Under the pieces are notes generated by a model, which saw only the letters and a program-made list of their open reading frames with translations, searched no databases and was not told the DNA's origin. Positions 25,079-40,316 of a stretch of DNA of 64,000 bases are shown here, piece by piece. Position 1 is the stretch's first letter. Each line of letters starts with the position of its first letter. Location of the stretch: assembly GCA_951406725.2 (NCBI GenBank), contig OX597832.1:50716001-50780000 (forward strand), given 5' to 3'. This stretch comes from Octopus vulgaris (Eukaryota). The translations under genes were made by a program, and so were the position numbers.

Positions 25079-25880
25079 ATATATATATATATATATATAA
25101 ACAAATGCATGCACAAAAGACACACTCACACATCTTTTTTCTTTTATGTATCTTTTACTTGTTCTAGTCACTGGACTGCTGTGACGTCAGGGGACCACCA
25201 AAGGATTTTAAGTCTGGTGCTTATTCTATCATCCCTTTTTGCTAAAGAGCTAAGTTACATGGATGTAAGCTAACCAACACCAGTTGTTAAGCGATGGTGA
25301 GCAACAAACACACACACACACACATAAATATACACATGTGTCGGGCTTGTTTTAGATTTTGTCTACCAGATCCACTTTCAACACTTTGGTCGACCTGGGG
25401 TTATAATAGAAGACACTTACCCAAGGTGCCATGCAGTGGGACTGAAACTGGAGCCATATGGTTAGGAAGCAAACTTCTTACCACACAGCCACATCAGTTT
25501 ATGGCTACCAAATCCACTTACAAGGCTTTGGTTGGCCTGGGTCTGTAGTAGGAGACACTTGTCCAAGGCGCTGGACATTGCTCTGTCTCCTGGGTCACAC
25601 AGACAGAAGTCTATCTGACATAGGGAACAGGGTAATGATACAAGAATGACAGAGGTCCTGGGTGTCTGGGAGAAAAGGAATAGGAGATGCTGGCAGACTG
25701 AGTAACATGGGGTGATGACAGGAGCTACAGGAAGAGAAGACAAATGTAGAGTGAACTGTGTGCAAGAGGTCGAATGTAGCCACCAATGATTACAGGTAAG
25801 TACTCTGCCATCAATTCATTGTGAAGAAAGTTCTCCATGAAGAAAGGTCACTGCAAGGAAAGTTTACTGACAAAATATAT

Positions 25881-26279
25881 ACTCTTTTACTTGTTTCAGT
25901 CATTTGACTGTGGCCATGCTGGAGCACTGCCTATAGTCGAGCAAATCAACCCCAGGACTTATTCTTTGTAAGCCTAGTACTTATTGTATCGGTCTCTTTT
26001 GCTGAATCACTAAGTTATGGGGTTGTAAATACATCAACATCGGTTGTCAAGTGACGTTGGGGGGACAAACACAGACATACAAACATATACACGCACATAT
26101 ATATATATATACATATATGCGACGGGCTTCTTTCAGTTTCCGTCTACCAAATCCACTCAAAGCTTTGGTCGACCCGAGGCTATAGTAGAAGACACTCGCC
26201 CAAGGTGCTACACAGTGGGACTGAACCTGTAACCATGTGGTTGGTAAGCAAGCTACTTACCACACAGCCACTCCTGTGC
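25881..26279 (-). mobile_element. SINE family A
   Basis: Reverse complement of 6293-6700; an older copy lies at ~25153-25492. Confidence 0.83.
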
Positions 26280-26728
26280 TTCCACACAGCCACTCCATTG
26301 TTTCTTACCATTAATAGTTAAAAAGTATTTTATTGAAAAAAAAAACCAATCAAAAATCAAAAAACCGTGAATTGATGATGGTGAACTTACGGGACACATG
26401 GCCACCAACACATGAGCAATGGGATGGGCTGGAGAGGTTGAGTGATAAGGATGGTAGCATAGTGAATGGAAAATAGGTGGGTTCTATACCAGAGAGCTAG
26501 CTGCACTGTAGAGTGACTGGGAGATGGTTAGAATAGGTGCAGTGGCATCTTGGCAGGAAGTAATATATGGTAAACAGGTCCACTGCTATCTTCAATCACA
26601 TCAGAATACAGTAAAGATTAGAAAGAGGCTGGAGTGATTGAGAGATGAGCAATGGGTGTAGGTGAAAGAATGCAATGTATGGCAAAACTGTAGAGGAACA
26701 ATAAAGGGACAGATGTAAGATTGTAAAG

Positions 26729-26947
26729 CAGTGCTTTTCAAACTTTTTGCTGGGGCGGAACCCCAAGGAAACATTGCACTGGCTCGAGGAACCCCTGTGC
26801 AATAATTTAATAGTCTTATGCACACATATCTGCACAGGAGAATTAAAAATTACTACCGATTTTAGCAGTTTTGTAACTTCTTGCGGAACCCCTAGACTGT
26901 ACTGGCGGAGCCCTGAGGTTCCGCGGAACCCTGGTTGAAAACCACTG
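26729..26947. mobile_element. 219-bp hAT-type MITE
   Basis: TIRs CAGTGcttttcaa...ttgaaaacCACTG; perfect 8-bp TSD TTGTAAAG. Confidence 0.92.
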
Positions 26948-27384
26948 TTGTAAAGTAAGGTGAACAAGAGATGAGCAACAAAGAGAAAGAGAGACGGAGT
27001 GTATCGTATGGAAAAGAGGAGAGAGAGTCACTGTCGTTGTTAGTCATACAAGCAGCATAATACACTGTGGGTGATTAAACCAGGGAGTGAGTGAGGGATG
27101 AGTAATAGAGGCATGGGGGTAGGAGGCGGCTGCGAAAGCAAGAGAGAGAGAGAGACAAAGGCGAATGCGAGAAGAAATATATAGGTAACTGGGGTCTGGG
27201 CAGCAGGGTGATAGAAGTGTGTGACGTAAGGGACAAGAGATAGAGGGGGTGAGTGATATGGGGTGTCAGGGAGATAAAAGGATATCAAAGAGATCAATGA
27301 TGTAAACTAGACAGTAGGCAGACATGTGCGCTTGCATACATATGTACACAACACATATACATACATGCATGTGTCTAGTGTTAC

Positions 27385-27760
<376 letters not shown>

Positions 27761-27764
27761 CAGT

Positions 27765-29460
27765 GTTAATGTCTGTTTCGCCATGGTTGACTGGACAAGT
27801 GTGTCTCCTGCCACACAGCATACTGCTAGTCAACCGTGTCTATTGTTTCCTTTGTGAGGTGTAACATCATCAGATTTGTCTTCGCTACTTCATCCCAAGC
27901 ATTCCTTGTTCTCCCTCTTCTACGGGGTTTCATTTTACTTCAAGTTGTACAACACATCTTTATCACAACTGCCCCTACTGCATTGCAGTCTTCTTTCTTG
28001 CGTGCCACACCTGATTCCTTCCACGTTCAGTGTTTCTCTCGGCTCGTTTGTGCTTTGTCAGTTATACACATTGTCATTACACATCCAGTGGAGCATGCTC
28101 AATTCACTCCTTTCATCCCTTCATAGATTTTTTTTCTGCATTCAAGGCCCATGTCTCACTTTCATGTAGCACTGCACTTTGCATGCAAGTATCATACAAT
28201 CTGCCCTTCCACTCCGAGTGAGAAAACATTTGTTGCCAATACAGGTAATAACTCCCTGAGCTTTCTTCAACAAGCTCTTATTTTGGCTGCTGTTCTTTCA
28301 GAACACCTGACCTCTCTATTAATTAGGTTTCCAGCTACTTCTGCAGAACTTCCTGGACATTGGATTGAGTTGATATTGCAATCACTCTTAGAACTTAATG
28401 CTGATCTTTTCGGTTTGAATGGCAGTTTTTAACATAATTTCTAGGTAACTAAACACTTTTAAACTTCGTATACTGGTAGAATGTGTTTATAAAACATCTT
28501 TTTCTTTTGGCTTTATTGAGAAAATTCTATAGCTTGTAAGATATTTGTTGTTTTTTTCTTCAATTTCTGCAATTTCAACCAATCAATGACGTCCATTGAG
28601 GTAAACAACATTCTGTGCCATATGAATATGTCTCTCGTTTAAGAAACAGATTGGGTTTATTTACATTTGTGAAGAAAAAAAGATACCCTTCCCCCCACTC
28701 CTAACCCTAACCCTAACTAACCCTAAGTAACCCTAATCCTAAAATAGATTAAAATGCAATAGATCAATACTAGGGTCATAATTATGGGTGACAATTTCAT
28801 ATGCCGTTCAAACCGAAAAGATCCCTTAATGCTTCTGTGCTCTTGCTTCATGTGAACTTGACCTTGTCTCTTAGTCTGCCTGTGATTCTAATATACCTCT
28901 TATGCATCTACAGTTTACACTGAAAACATCATCTAAAATTTCTTCTTATTCTATTTCTATGAACCAAGCAACACCATTTCCCTTAAGTTAGCAGGGCCCT
29001 CTTCTGCTTACTAATATCTTAGTCTTTGCTAAATCCACTTCAAGGTTTTTTTAGTTTCAGCACTATCTCCAAATCTAGAATTTCTCTTCTAATTCTACTA
29101 CAGGTTCAACCACAAGAGCTATTTTATCAGCATAAAGAAACTACCACAGGGAAATGGTTTTAATTTCCTGTACAGGAGGAGAAGGAGGACTGAACTCTCA
29201 TGTACTCCCACTTTCATACTAAATTCATTTCTATATTTATTAGTAACCTTTATGTTGTTAGCTGCAGCCCTGTGCATGGCTTACACAGCTCTCACAAGCT
29301 GTTCAGTCCCTCCAACTTTTCTCAATGACCACCAGGTCATAGAGTGAGGAATCTTTTTGAAGGCTTTCTCTAGATCAACAAAAGCCAGGTATAGGAGCTT
29401 ATTCCTGGTTAGATGCTTCTCCTGCAGTTGTCTCACTAGAAGGATGGCATCAGTATAGAA
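27765..29460 (-). mobile_element. Decayed RTE-clade LINE, interrupted by a MITE
   Basis: ORF 29281-29463 TDAILLVRQLQEKH...YLAFVDLEKAF is an RT N-terminal motif; the downstream part resembles 9590-10450. Confidence 0.75.
28401..28825. mobile_element. GGGATC-TIR MITE with CCCTAA repeats, copy 1
   Basis: Homologous to 51427-51856; TTAATG on both sides; left terminus mutated and a small deletion near the right TIR. Confidence 0.85.
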
Positions 29461-29688
29461 CACAACATAATTAATTCCTGAAGCATGTATAATGTAGGTA
29501 ACTCTACAGTTATATGTTTGAAAGATTTTTAGCTGTAGAGATTAAAGTGATGTGAAAACTTTCTCTCAATATCTGTAGTAAATAGAGAAATAATTGGGAA
29601 TCTTCTTACAGATCTGTTTTGGGATAATGATTCCTTTCAGGGAAGATGTACCACTATTCTTTAGCTATCCCAAAAAACTTTGAGACTG

Positions 29689-29814
<126 letters not shown>

Positions 29815-30419
29815 CATACAGAGAGTGAGTGAACAATAGCTTATCAGAATACAATGTAACGTTAACAGCTGTTCTGGTTTGCATATAAGGCATTAGTCAG
29901 GCATGTAGTAAATTAAGCAACCAGTATTTATACAGAACACTATGTAATTTGGAATACCTGAACTATGAATGAAGTAGACAACTTTGTTTAATGTGCTCTT
30001 TTCATTTCTTTCTAGTTTTCAAAAATTCTTTGCATTCAAGTGCTCTGTTTTACAATCATATAGTAATGGACTTTGCACATTAGCATCACGCACTTTGACA
30101 CATTCACACACATTATAACAAAACTAAGTAATTTTGTAATTTTAAAGTGTGCTCTGTTGAAGGCATTCAGGATAAATATGTCTCATTGGAAAGTGAAAAG
30201 GGTCTAAATTTAAGCAATTCTTTAGCTTTGTTGGTTTTTTCACATTTAATGTGAAAATCAGATTCTAGCTATGTTTCTACACTTTGAAGCTGTACTTTAC
30301 ATGAAAAACCATAGAGGTTGTTTTACATGTAAAAATCTTTATATGAATCACATAATTATGGTAATGAGAATCAATATTAAACAGTTTTATCCAAGGATAC
30401 TGGGTAGATATTCTAACTA

Positions 30420-30791
30420 TCTTTCCAACAACAACCTAGGATATTTTTTTGAATTCCATGAGTCTAACACTCGTGGACATGCTTACAAAATATAAAAAAA
30501 AACAACACAACACACATGACTTTTCAAAAACATTTTTTCATGCTCATAATTGCTGAAGCATGTAATTAACTACCTGCATCAGTTGTTTGCTGTTGGGACA
30601 TCCCATCCTTCAAAACTGTGCTTCCTGAAATTCACCAATGGTACACCTGATGTCCCACCATCACTCTTTTTCTTTTTAAAGACTTATTAACTGTTGAATT
30701 TCTGTGCGTTTTCTCTGTACTGTTCAGGCAGTTTTGGCTACTTTTTCTGGTGAGTTCTAGTGCTCCTGAACACTGTGAACAACAAGTTCAC

Positions 30792-30800
<9 letters not shown>
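30420..30800 (+). mobile_element. Decayed CR1 LINE 3' end
   Basis: SNTRGHAYKI and a LPASVV-like segment; homologous to 18563-18930. Confidence 0.75.
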
Positions 30801-30821
<21 letters not shown>

Positions 30822-30824
<3 letters not shown>

Positions 30825-31403
30825 TGCTTGCGAAAACCTGTTGAGGCAAGTGAAATCAATCAAAATCAAAATCGAAATCAAAATCAAATTCGATGACTGG
30901 CGTCCGTGCTAGCAGGGTGCAAAGAGCACCATACGAGTGTGATCATTGACAGAGCGGCTAACTGGCTTCTGTGCCAGTGGCACATAAAAAGCACCATTCG
31001 AGCATGATCGTTACCAGCATCGCCTTACTGGCACTTATGCCCGTGCTAGTAGGGTGCCAAGAGCACCATCCAAGCATGATCGTTGCCAGAGCAGCCAACT
31101 GGCTTCCATGCCAGTGGCACATAAAAGGGCACCATTCGAGCGTAATCATTACCAACGTCGCCTTACAGGCACCTGTGCTGGTGGCATGTGTAAAAAGATT
31201 TGAGCGAGGTTGTTTCCAGTACCGCCAGACTGGCCCACTACAAAAAGCACCCACTACACTCTCAGAGTGGTTGGCATTAGGAAGGGCATCCAGCTGTAGA
31301 AACTCTGCCAAATCAAGATTGGAGCCTTGTGCAGCCATCTGGTTCGCCAGCCCTCAGTCAAAATCGTCCAACCCATGCTAGCATGGAAAGTGGATGTTAA
31401 AAC

Positions 31404-31440
<37 letters not shown>
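30822..31440 (+). mobile_element. RTE LINE 3'UTR with internal tandem repeats and (TGA)n tail
   Basis: Repeated gtgccagtggcacataaaa..gcaccattcgag modules, then the standard RTE terminus. Confidence 0.8.
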
Positions 31441-31442
<2 letters not shown>

Positions 31443-32307
31443 ATATGGGAATGAAAGTTCAAAGCACATTGAAAAAGATGATGAGGGCTTGGAAGGGTGT
31501 TCATTTTCATTTTATAGTCTGAAACAGATCAAAACCTGTAACTGTGTAATTTCCATTGACATACTATGCAACTTTGTCATAAAATCTTTCTCAGGAGCCA
31601 AATGTAAGAACCTCTATGTGATCGTTCAACCTGCTGGAAATAGCAGTCAAATTTCCTTCAAGTTCCATTCTGCTGCTGTGGTTTGCAATCTTGATCATTC
31701 TGATTTTGTGTTATAATGGAGACCAAATGAAATATTATTGGTGCACTTCATGAGGAAAGTAAAAAAAGAGATTTAAAGTATAAAAATTTAGAAAAAAAAA
31801 CAAAAAAACCCTATTGTTTACCTTCTTTTATTAATCATATTTGTGGACAACAAAATTATGAATAACACATTTTTCAAGAAGCTCAAATATCTGCACAGAT
31901 TTTCTAAAACCTTAAATTGTATTTTTTTAAAAATATCTGTGTTGCACCAGGATACCCTTATGATGTACCCAGAGAGTTACTTACTTGCAAATAAATGTGT
32001 TAACATGTGACATTATTGACCGAGGTTATCGTGGTCTTTTCCGTAAGCTTTTCTTTCCACAGATAAACCTTATCTGTTTCTCCTTTACACTTTACATCAT
32101 GACATTTCCATGATACATGATCCCTATTGATCGTTTTTTATTTAAAAAATATTTTTAAATTTTAATTTTCTAATTTTTTTCCTTTCTTTTTTACAATCCC
32201 TTTTCATCAAAAACCTACCCCAATTTTTTTTTTCACCCCAAAAAGAAAAGCTCAACTTTGTAATTTGTCCCGTCTGTGTTCAGCCCTGTGTGGCTAATTA
32301 ACAAACA

Positions 32308-32815
<508 letters not shown>

Positions 32816-33227
32816 CTCTCTCTCCATCCTTATCTCTCTCTCTTTTTCTCTACATCCACCCATCCACCTTTCATCCTTCTGCCTATCTATTCAACTGTCT
32901 GTCTACCTACCCACCTGTCTGTTTGTGCACCTGTGAGCAAGTGAGTCTGTCTATCTGTCTTGCAGTTTGCTTAATGCAATCTACTTCACCTGATATTCAA
33001 GAGCCAATGCTTAGATCAATATTCTGTTGCCATATCCATGTGGCACATGTTGTATTGTAATTATATTATTCATGCCAAGGCAGGTGGGGAGTGTAGTCAG
33101 AAACACGAGTCCCAAAGTATTTGAAAAATAACAGAAACCAATTATTGGTATTTTGTATACATTTAATGAGGGATCAAAACACCAATAATTGATTTCTGTC
33201 ACCATTCAAATATGTGTGTATGTGTGT

Positions 33228-33279
<52 letters not shown>

Positions 33280-33331
33280 ATATATAAATGTATATATAAA
33301 CTATATAAACACAGGCATACACACACAGAGG

Positions 33332-33497
33332 AGGTGCAGGAGTGGCTGTGTGGTAAGTAGCTTGCTTACCAACCACATGGTTCTGGGTTCAGTCCCACTG
33401 TGTGGCACCTTGGGCAAGTGTCTTCTACTATACTCTTGAGCTGACCAAAGCCTTGTGAGTGGATTTAGTAGACGGAAACTGAAAGAAGCCTATCGTA

Positions 33498-33544
<47 letters not shown>

Positions 33545-33743
33545 TTGTGTGTCTGTGTTTGTCCTCCCAACACCGGTGCTGGTGTGTTTATGTCCCTGTA
33601 ACTTAGTGGTTTGGCAAAAGAGACCGATAGAATAAGTACTAGGCTTACAAAGAATAAGTCCTGGGGTCGACTTGCTCAACTAAAGGTGGTGCTCCAGCAT
33701 GGCTGCAGTCAAATGACTGAAACAAGTTAAAGAGTGAAAGAGT
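33332..33743 (+). mobile_element. SINE family A
   Basis: Homologous to 6293-6700. Confidence 0.85.
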
Positions 33744-33764
33744 ATATGTATGTGTGTGTGTGTG

Positions 33765-34500
33765 TATGGATTCCATGTGCTTCTGGCAATATTCTGGTGT
33801 TATTTTGGTCACCCATATTTTCTGTAACTCATTCACCATTTCTTGGTAATTTGATGACTACTTTTGATGAAGCTATATTTCAAGGAGGCTCCAATTTTCA
33901 ATGCAGTTTAAACTGAGAGAATTTCCTGGCCATCCCTGTAAGGGGTAAAACTGTTGCTCTTCAAATCATTCTTTAAACCAGTGCTTTTCAAACTTTTTGC
34001 TGGAGCGGAACCCCAAGGAAACATTCCACTGGCTCGAGGAACTCCTGTGCAATAATTCAATAGTCTTATGCACACATATCTGCACAGGAGACTTAAAAAT
34101 TACTGCCGATTTTAGCAGTTTTGTAACTTCTTGCGGAACCCCTGGACTGTACTGGCGGAACCCTAAGGTTCTGCGGAACCCTGGTTGAAAACCACTGCTT
34201 TAAACCATCATTGCTGAGTGGATTGGAGCACCATATTGTTGCACGACCAAGCAATTTCTAGCTACCATAAATCTTGGCACTTTTTTTCCTTTAAGAATTT
34301 TAGAAAATCTTTTGCTTTTAATGTTGCTTGTCTAGGCACAAAATGCAATCCACATCTACCCTGGACTGAAATAGCTACCCCACAAATCATAACTGTAGGT
34401 ACAGAATGAAAAGTTTTTGATGTATACCTTTCATTCAGGAGGTCATCGTTTGTTATTCTTACTTGAAGTTGATAACTACAGTATTGAGAATGTTTCATCA
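33765..34500 (-). mobile_element. Decayed Tc1-like transposase relic, interrupted by a hAT MITE
   Basis: HSVPTVMICGVAISVQGRCGLHFVP...; LQKIWVTKITPEYCQK.MES resembles the Tc1 C-terminus. Confidence 0.55.
33979..34197. mobile_element. 219-bp hAT-type MITE, copy 2
   Basis: Same TIRs as 26729-26947; 8-bp TSD CTTTAAAC. Confidence 0.92.
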
Positions 34501-34546
34501 TTAAACATTACTTTGTTCTATTCAAGTGGTGTTCAGTGCTTATATC

Positions 34547-34840
34547 TAGTGTAGTGGGTGCTTTGTATGTGCCACCAGCATAGACACCAGTCAAGGTAGC
34601 GCTGACATCTGCCACGTTCGGATGGTGCATTTTATGTGCCACCAGCATGGGTATCATAACTACAATTTCCATTTGATTTTTATTTTGATGTTGACGTACT
34701 TGACTCAATAGGTCTCCTCAAGCACGGCAGATCACCCTACAATCCAAGATAAGCACAGCAGGCCATCTTGCAAGCCATGAACTCACTTCATTTGTCAGGT
34801 CTTCACAGTCACAGCATATCTCCAGAAGTCTCGGTCTTTC
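34547..34840 (-). mobile_element. RTE LINE 3'UTR fragment
   Basis: Reverse complement of ~10420-10700; a similar fragment lies at ~35490-35760. Confidence 0.7.
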
Positions 34841-35048
34841 ATCATGCAGTATTTTAATGTGTATAAGGAACCCTTTTTAGTCAAAAATTAGGTTGAAAAA
34901 ATATGTGAGTTTCTTATACAGGGATAGTATTATAATCCTTTACAAAACCTTTTTTCTAAATTTTAAACCCCCAAAATTAGGGGCTTCCTTATACACGTTA
35001 AAATAGGGTATACACACACATATATATGTGTGTGTGTGTGTGTGTATG

Positions 35049-35139
<91 letters not shown>

Positions 35140-35140
<1 letters not shown>

Positions 35141-35400
35141 GAGGCGCAATAGCCTAGTGGTTAGGGCAGCGGACTCGCGGTCACAGGATCACGGTTTCGA
35201 TTCCCAGACCGGGCGTTGTGAGTGTTTATTGAGTGAAAACACCTAAAAAACTCCATGAGGCTCCAGCAGGGGGTGGTGATCCCTGCTGTACTCTTTCACC
35301 ACTCTTTCTTCTGTTGGCCTGCTCGCTTAGCCAGCGGGGTGGCGTCATTCGAAGGCTAAAACAATGCGAACACATTGTGACACATTGCGAACACATTGTG
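35140..35400 (+). mobile_element. SINE family C
   Basis: A-box TAGCCTAGTGG, B-box GGTTTCGATTCC; homologous to 9017-9268. Confidence 0.8.
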
Positions 35401-35882
35401 GGAAGTTCCTAGCTCAAGGAATATTGCAAAAGTTTTTTTACAGAGTTTAGAAAACCAATAAGTGTGAATCTGAAAGGAGAATATGTTGAATGTGTCACCG
35501 ACACGGACGCCAGTCAGGTGGTGCTGGCATCTGCCACGTTCGGACGGTGCTTTTTACATGTCACCAGCACGGGTATCTTGACTACAATTTCCATTTGGTT
35601 TTTATTTTGATGTTGGTGTTGACGTACTTGACTCAACAGGTCTCCTCAAGAACAGCGGGTCACTCTACAATCTAAGGTAAGCACAGCAGGCCGTCTTGCA
35701 AGCCATGAACTCACTTCATTTGTCGGGTCTTCACAGTCACAGCATATCTCAGAGGTCTTGGCTACTTAGCTATTATTTCATGGCTTGCAGAGCCATTCCT
35801 TTTATGGAAGAGATGCCAGTCTATCATGGGAAATATTCCCAAATGATACAGTATTAGGCAATCATCTGAAGTGAGGCAGTAT

Positions 35883-36286
35883 ACTCTTTTACTCTTTTAC
35901 TTGTTTCAGTCATTTGACTGCGGCCATGCTGGAGCACCACTTTTAATCGAGCAACTCAACCCCGGGACTTATTCTTTGTAAGCCTAGTACTTATTCTATC
36001 GGTCTCTTTTTGCCGAACCACTAAGTGACGGGGACATAAACACACCAGCATTGGTTGTCAAGCGATGTTGGATGGGACAAACACATACACGCACACATAT
36101 ATATATATATATACATATATACGACGGGCTTCTTTCAGTTTCCGTCTACCAAATCCACTCACAAGGCTTTGGTCGGCCCGAGGCTATAGTAGAAGACACT
36201 TGCCCAAGGTGCCACGCAGTGGGACTGAACCCAGAACCATGTGGTTGGTAAACAAGCTACTTACCACACAGCCACTCCTGCGCCTA
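35883..36286 (-). mobile_element. SINE family A, young copy
   Basis: Reverse complement of 6293-6700. Confidence 0.88.
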
Positions 36287-36315
36287 TATATGGAGCCAAC
36301 CTAAAAATATAACTT

Positions 36316-36527
36316 TTTCTACTCTAGGCACAAGGCCCAAAATTTTTGGTGAGGGGGCCAGTCAATTAGATTGACCCTTGTACACAACTGGTACTTAATT
36401 TATCGACCCTGAAGGGATGAAAAGCAAAGTCGACCTCAGCAGAATTTGAACTCAGAATGTAAAGACAGTCGAAATACCGCTAAGCATTTCACCCAGCTTG
36501 CTCACATTTCTGCTAGCTTGCTGCCTT
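36316..36527 (-). mobile_element. SINE family B monomer with tail B
   Basis: Family B core plus aaattttgggccttgtgcctagagtagaaaa tail on the minus strand. Confidence 0.78.
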
Positions 36528-37029
36528 AACCCAGAAATATAATGAAACGCTTAAATTAGATTTGAACCTCAGACTCAAGATTTGACAGTCCGATACCTTA
36601 TCCACTAAACAATCTTAGTTTTGCAAGCAAGATGTGAGACTTTTCATAAATGGAAGCTTATGGGTCCTATTATTAGTGGTCAGTGTAAAGTATATGTTAA
36701 GGAAAGCGTTCGTCTTAGATGTACATCAACGATATGGCCAAGTAAAAAAACACCTGAGAAGAATTAACTATTTGCATACTAAATATAAATACAGTAGGTG
36801 GGTGTCTCACCTGTGTACTAGAGTGAACTGAAAATCTTTGGTTAGCTGATACTATCTATAGGTGTAGGAGTGGCTGTGTGGTAAGTAGCTTGCTTACCAA
36901 CCACATGGTTCCAGGTTCATTCCCACTGCGTGGCACGTTGGGCAAGTGTCTTCTACCATAGCCTCGGGTCAACCAATCTAGACTAGGGTCTGAAAGTTTA
37001 CCACACCATAGTGGGTTACACCATGGTTC

Positions 37030-37240
37030 CTCTGCTTTCTGGCAGAAGTAGGAAGAAAGAGTGAGAGAAAGTTGTAGTGAAAGAGTACAGCAGGGTTCAC
37101 CACCCCTCACCTGCCAGAGCCTCGTGGAGCTTAGGTGTTTTTTGCTCAATAAGCATTCACAATGCCCGGTCTTGGAATCGAAACTGCGTTCTTATGACCA
37201 CGAGTCCGCTGCCCTAACCACTGGGCCATTGCGCCTCCAC
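37030..37240 (-). mobile_element. SINE family C
   Basis: Reverse complement of 35140-35310. Confidence 0.78.
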
Positions 37241-37610
37241 TTCTGTTGAGGTTGACTGCCTTTTCATCCTCCTGAGGTTGATAAAATAAGAATTAGTTGA
37301 GCACTATTGTTGATGAAATTGACTTTCCTCCTCTCCATAAATTTCAGCCTTGAACCTAGAGTAGAAAGGATCATTATCGAAGTAGCAAGCTGGCAAAATT
37401 GTTAGCATACTGAACAAAATGTTTGGCAGTAATCCTTCCAGCTTTACATTCTGAGTTCAAATTCTGTTGAGGCCAACTTCGACTTTCATCCTTTCAAAGT
37501 CAATAAAAAAAAAGTACCAGTTGTGTATTAGGGTTGATGTAATTGATTAGTCTTCTCTCCCTCCAAATTCCAGGCCTTGTACCTACAGTAGAAAGGATTA
37601 TTATTATTAT

Positions 37611-38166
37611 TGAGTGAGAGAGCAGTGCATGCCATCCAAGTGACACTGGGGTAAAATATACGAAGCCCAATATACCCATCATGACTACCCGTCTGATAAG
37701 GGTACACCAGGCACATGCATCACAACCATATGTGCGCGACGTGGTGATCTCATATCAAGATAAACAGCACATGACCTTGCAGGTGGGGCCCAGTTAGAAT
37801 TTTCTTCAGGTTGAGTAGCCCATCCCGCTCAAAATGTCCCTGAATAAGGGTTGTTTAAGGATGTTGAAAGAACCACTCATGTTTCCAGAGGTGATTTATT
37901 CAAACCCCAAAGAATCCCTCTCAACACATGGCTATGATGCTCCCCCACTACTTCTGCTCGTGATCAGAGATGCACATATCGTCAGCCACTAAGGGACATG
38001 CTCAACTGGTTAAGGTCAAACAACTGACAAGCAAATCTGTGGTATTGAGCAGAATATTTGCTGTAGCCCATCTTTTATACCCAAGACAAAACAATGTACA
38101 TGATAACTCTTCCAATCAGTTAAGATCAGAAGTCACGAGAGCCACTGCCTGGTACTGCATCAGGGC

Positions 38167-38167
<1 letters not shown>
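37611..38167 (-). mobile_element. ~555-bp non-coding interspersed element embedded in (TAA)n
   Basis: Near-identical reverse-complement copy at 61571-62126 with the same two ends; both are flanked by TAA repeats. Confidence 0.85.
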
Positions 38168-38226
<59 letters not shown>

Positions 38227-38720
38227 TATTATTTTAGATGTGTGTGATACATTGACCATGGCAACAAAAGGTCAGCTCTCTGTTTTTTGGTTTCAAGAAG
38301 TTTGAGCCATATGTTCTGATATTTATTGAATGACACAGCTTGATTGAATGTTGTTTTATTGGAAGACATTGTGAAAATGCTTTTGCTGGCTCATTAGAAG
38401 AAAGGAGATTGTGTTTCAATGTAGTCATCAAAATCAATTTTTGCTGAAAACTTGGTGGAAACTATAGACAAGATAATTACTTTTAGGTGATGTAGTAATG
38501 GAATGATAGCAGCAAGATAGTAATAATACAAGCAGCTCTTTGATAGGACACAATCAATTACTAAGGGAGATTGATCAATGAATCCAGAAAGGTCAATGAG
38601 AATAACAGGTGTATAAAGGAATGTATTTATTTGTATAAAAGTAAAATGACTAAAGCCAGTTTACTTTTGTGGGGGAAAGTTTCTGACGTTTGTGACAAAG
38701 TTTTGATGGAAGAAGGAGAA

Positions 38721-38759
<39 letters not shown>

Positions 38760-38760
<1 letters not shown>

Positions 38761-38916
38761 CTCTTTTACTTGTAATATATATATTACTTATTCTTTGTAA
38801 GCCTAGTACTTATTCTATTGGTCTCTTTTGCTGAACTACTAAGTTACGGTAAACACACCAGCATTGGTTGTCAAGCGATGTTGGGGAGACAAAGACAGAC
38901 ACACAAACATATACAT

Positions 38917-39003
<87 letters not shown>

Positions 39004-39165
39004 TACGATGGGCTTCTTTCAGTTTCCCTCTACCAAATCCACTCACAAGGGTTTGTTTGTCCAGAGGCTATTGTAGAAGACACTTGCCCAAAGTGCCGTG
39101 TAGTGGGACTGAACTCTGAACCATGTGGTTGGTAAGCAAGCTACTTACCACACAGCCACTCCCAC
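38760..39165 (-). mobile_element. SINE family A with expanded internal microsatellite
   Basis: Reverse complement of 6293-6700. Confidence 0.8.
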
Positions 39166-39186
39166 GTCTCACTCTCTCTCTCTCTT

Positions 39187-39270
<84 letters not shown>

Positions 39271-40316
39271 TCTAGTTGTGTGAGTGTCTGTCCCCTTCGA
39301 TTTAGATTCCTAACTCCTCCCACATTTTGCGGTGCAGTTTAACCAAATTCGGGTATCTTATAGTCGTGATTCATATCGAGCCCGTCTGACTATTAGCGCG
39401 CGTCAACGATGAGTCTACGATTTTAAAAATAATTTAACATCATTTTTTATTCCATTTTAATGCATAAAATGCATCGTGTGTCGATAGCGGCGGAGTTGGC
39501 GTCCACGCTCACAGCTGCACCTGTTTGCTTCTCCCCCTTCCCTCCCTCGTGAAGCTGTGGGGAAGGGAGTGTAAAGAAATCAACGTCGTAATGCGTTGTT
39601 AAGGAAACCAGCGTTCTTTTAGAACAACGACTTCATGGCTTGAAGACACTGAGTCAACGATTTAAAAAAAAATTATCATCATTTTTTATTCCATTTTTAA
39701 TGCATTTTTTTGCTATAACTCTCTAAAAATGCTTATATAGTTATTTCCCTTACAAACCCGAGCAACGCCGGGCGATACTGCTAGTATATATATATAAAAC
39801 TGTAGTTGTGTGAGTGTCTGTCCCCTTCGATTTAGATTCCTAACTACTCCCACATTTTGCGGTGCAGTTTAACCAAATTCGGGTATCTTATAGTCATGAT
39901 TCATATCGAGCCCGTCTGGCTATTAGCGCGCGTCTACGATGAGTCTACGATTTTAAAAATAATTTAACATCATTTTTTATTCCATTTTAATGCATAATTT
40001 TTCGTGTGTCGATGGCGGCGGAGTTGGCGTCCACGCTCAAAAACCTGCACCTGTTTGCTTCTCCCCCTTCTTCCCTCCCTCGCGAAGCTGTGGGGAAGGG
40101 AGTGTAAAGAAATCAACGTCGTAATGCGTTGTCAAGGAGACCAGCGTTCTTTTAGAACAACGACTTCATGGCTTGAAGACACTGAGTCAACGATCTAAAA
40201 AAAAATTATCATCATTTTTTACTCCATTTTTAATGCATTTTTTTGCTATAACTCTCTAAAAATGCTTATTTAGTTATTTCCCTTACAAACCCGAGCAACG
40301 GCGGGCGATACTGCTA

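Noticed and set aside
35140-35215. tRNA genes at SINE heads (also 6293, 9017, 25000, 42726)
   Set aside because: A/B boxes are present, but there is no complete cloverleaf and each head runs into a SINE body.
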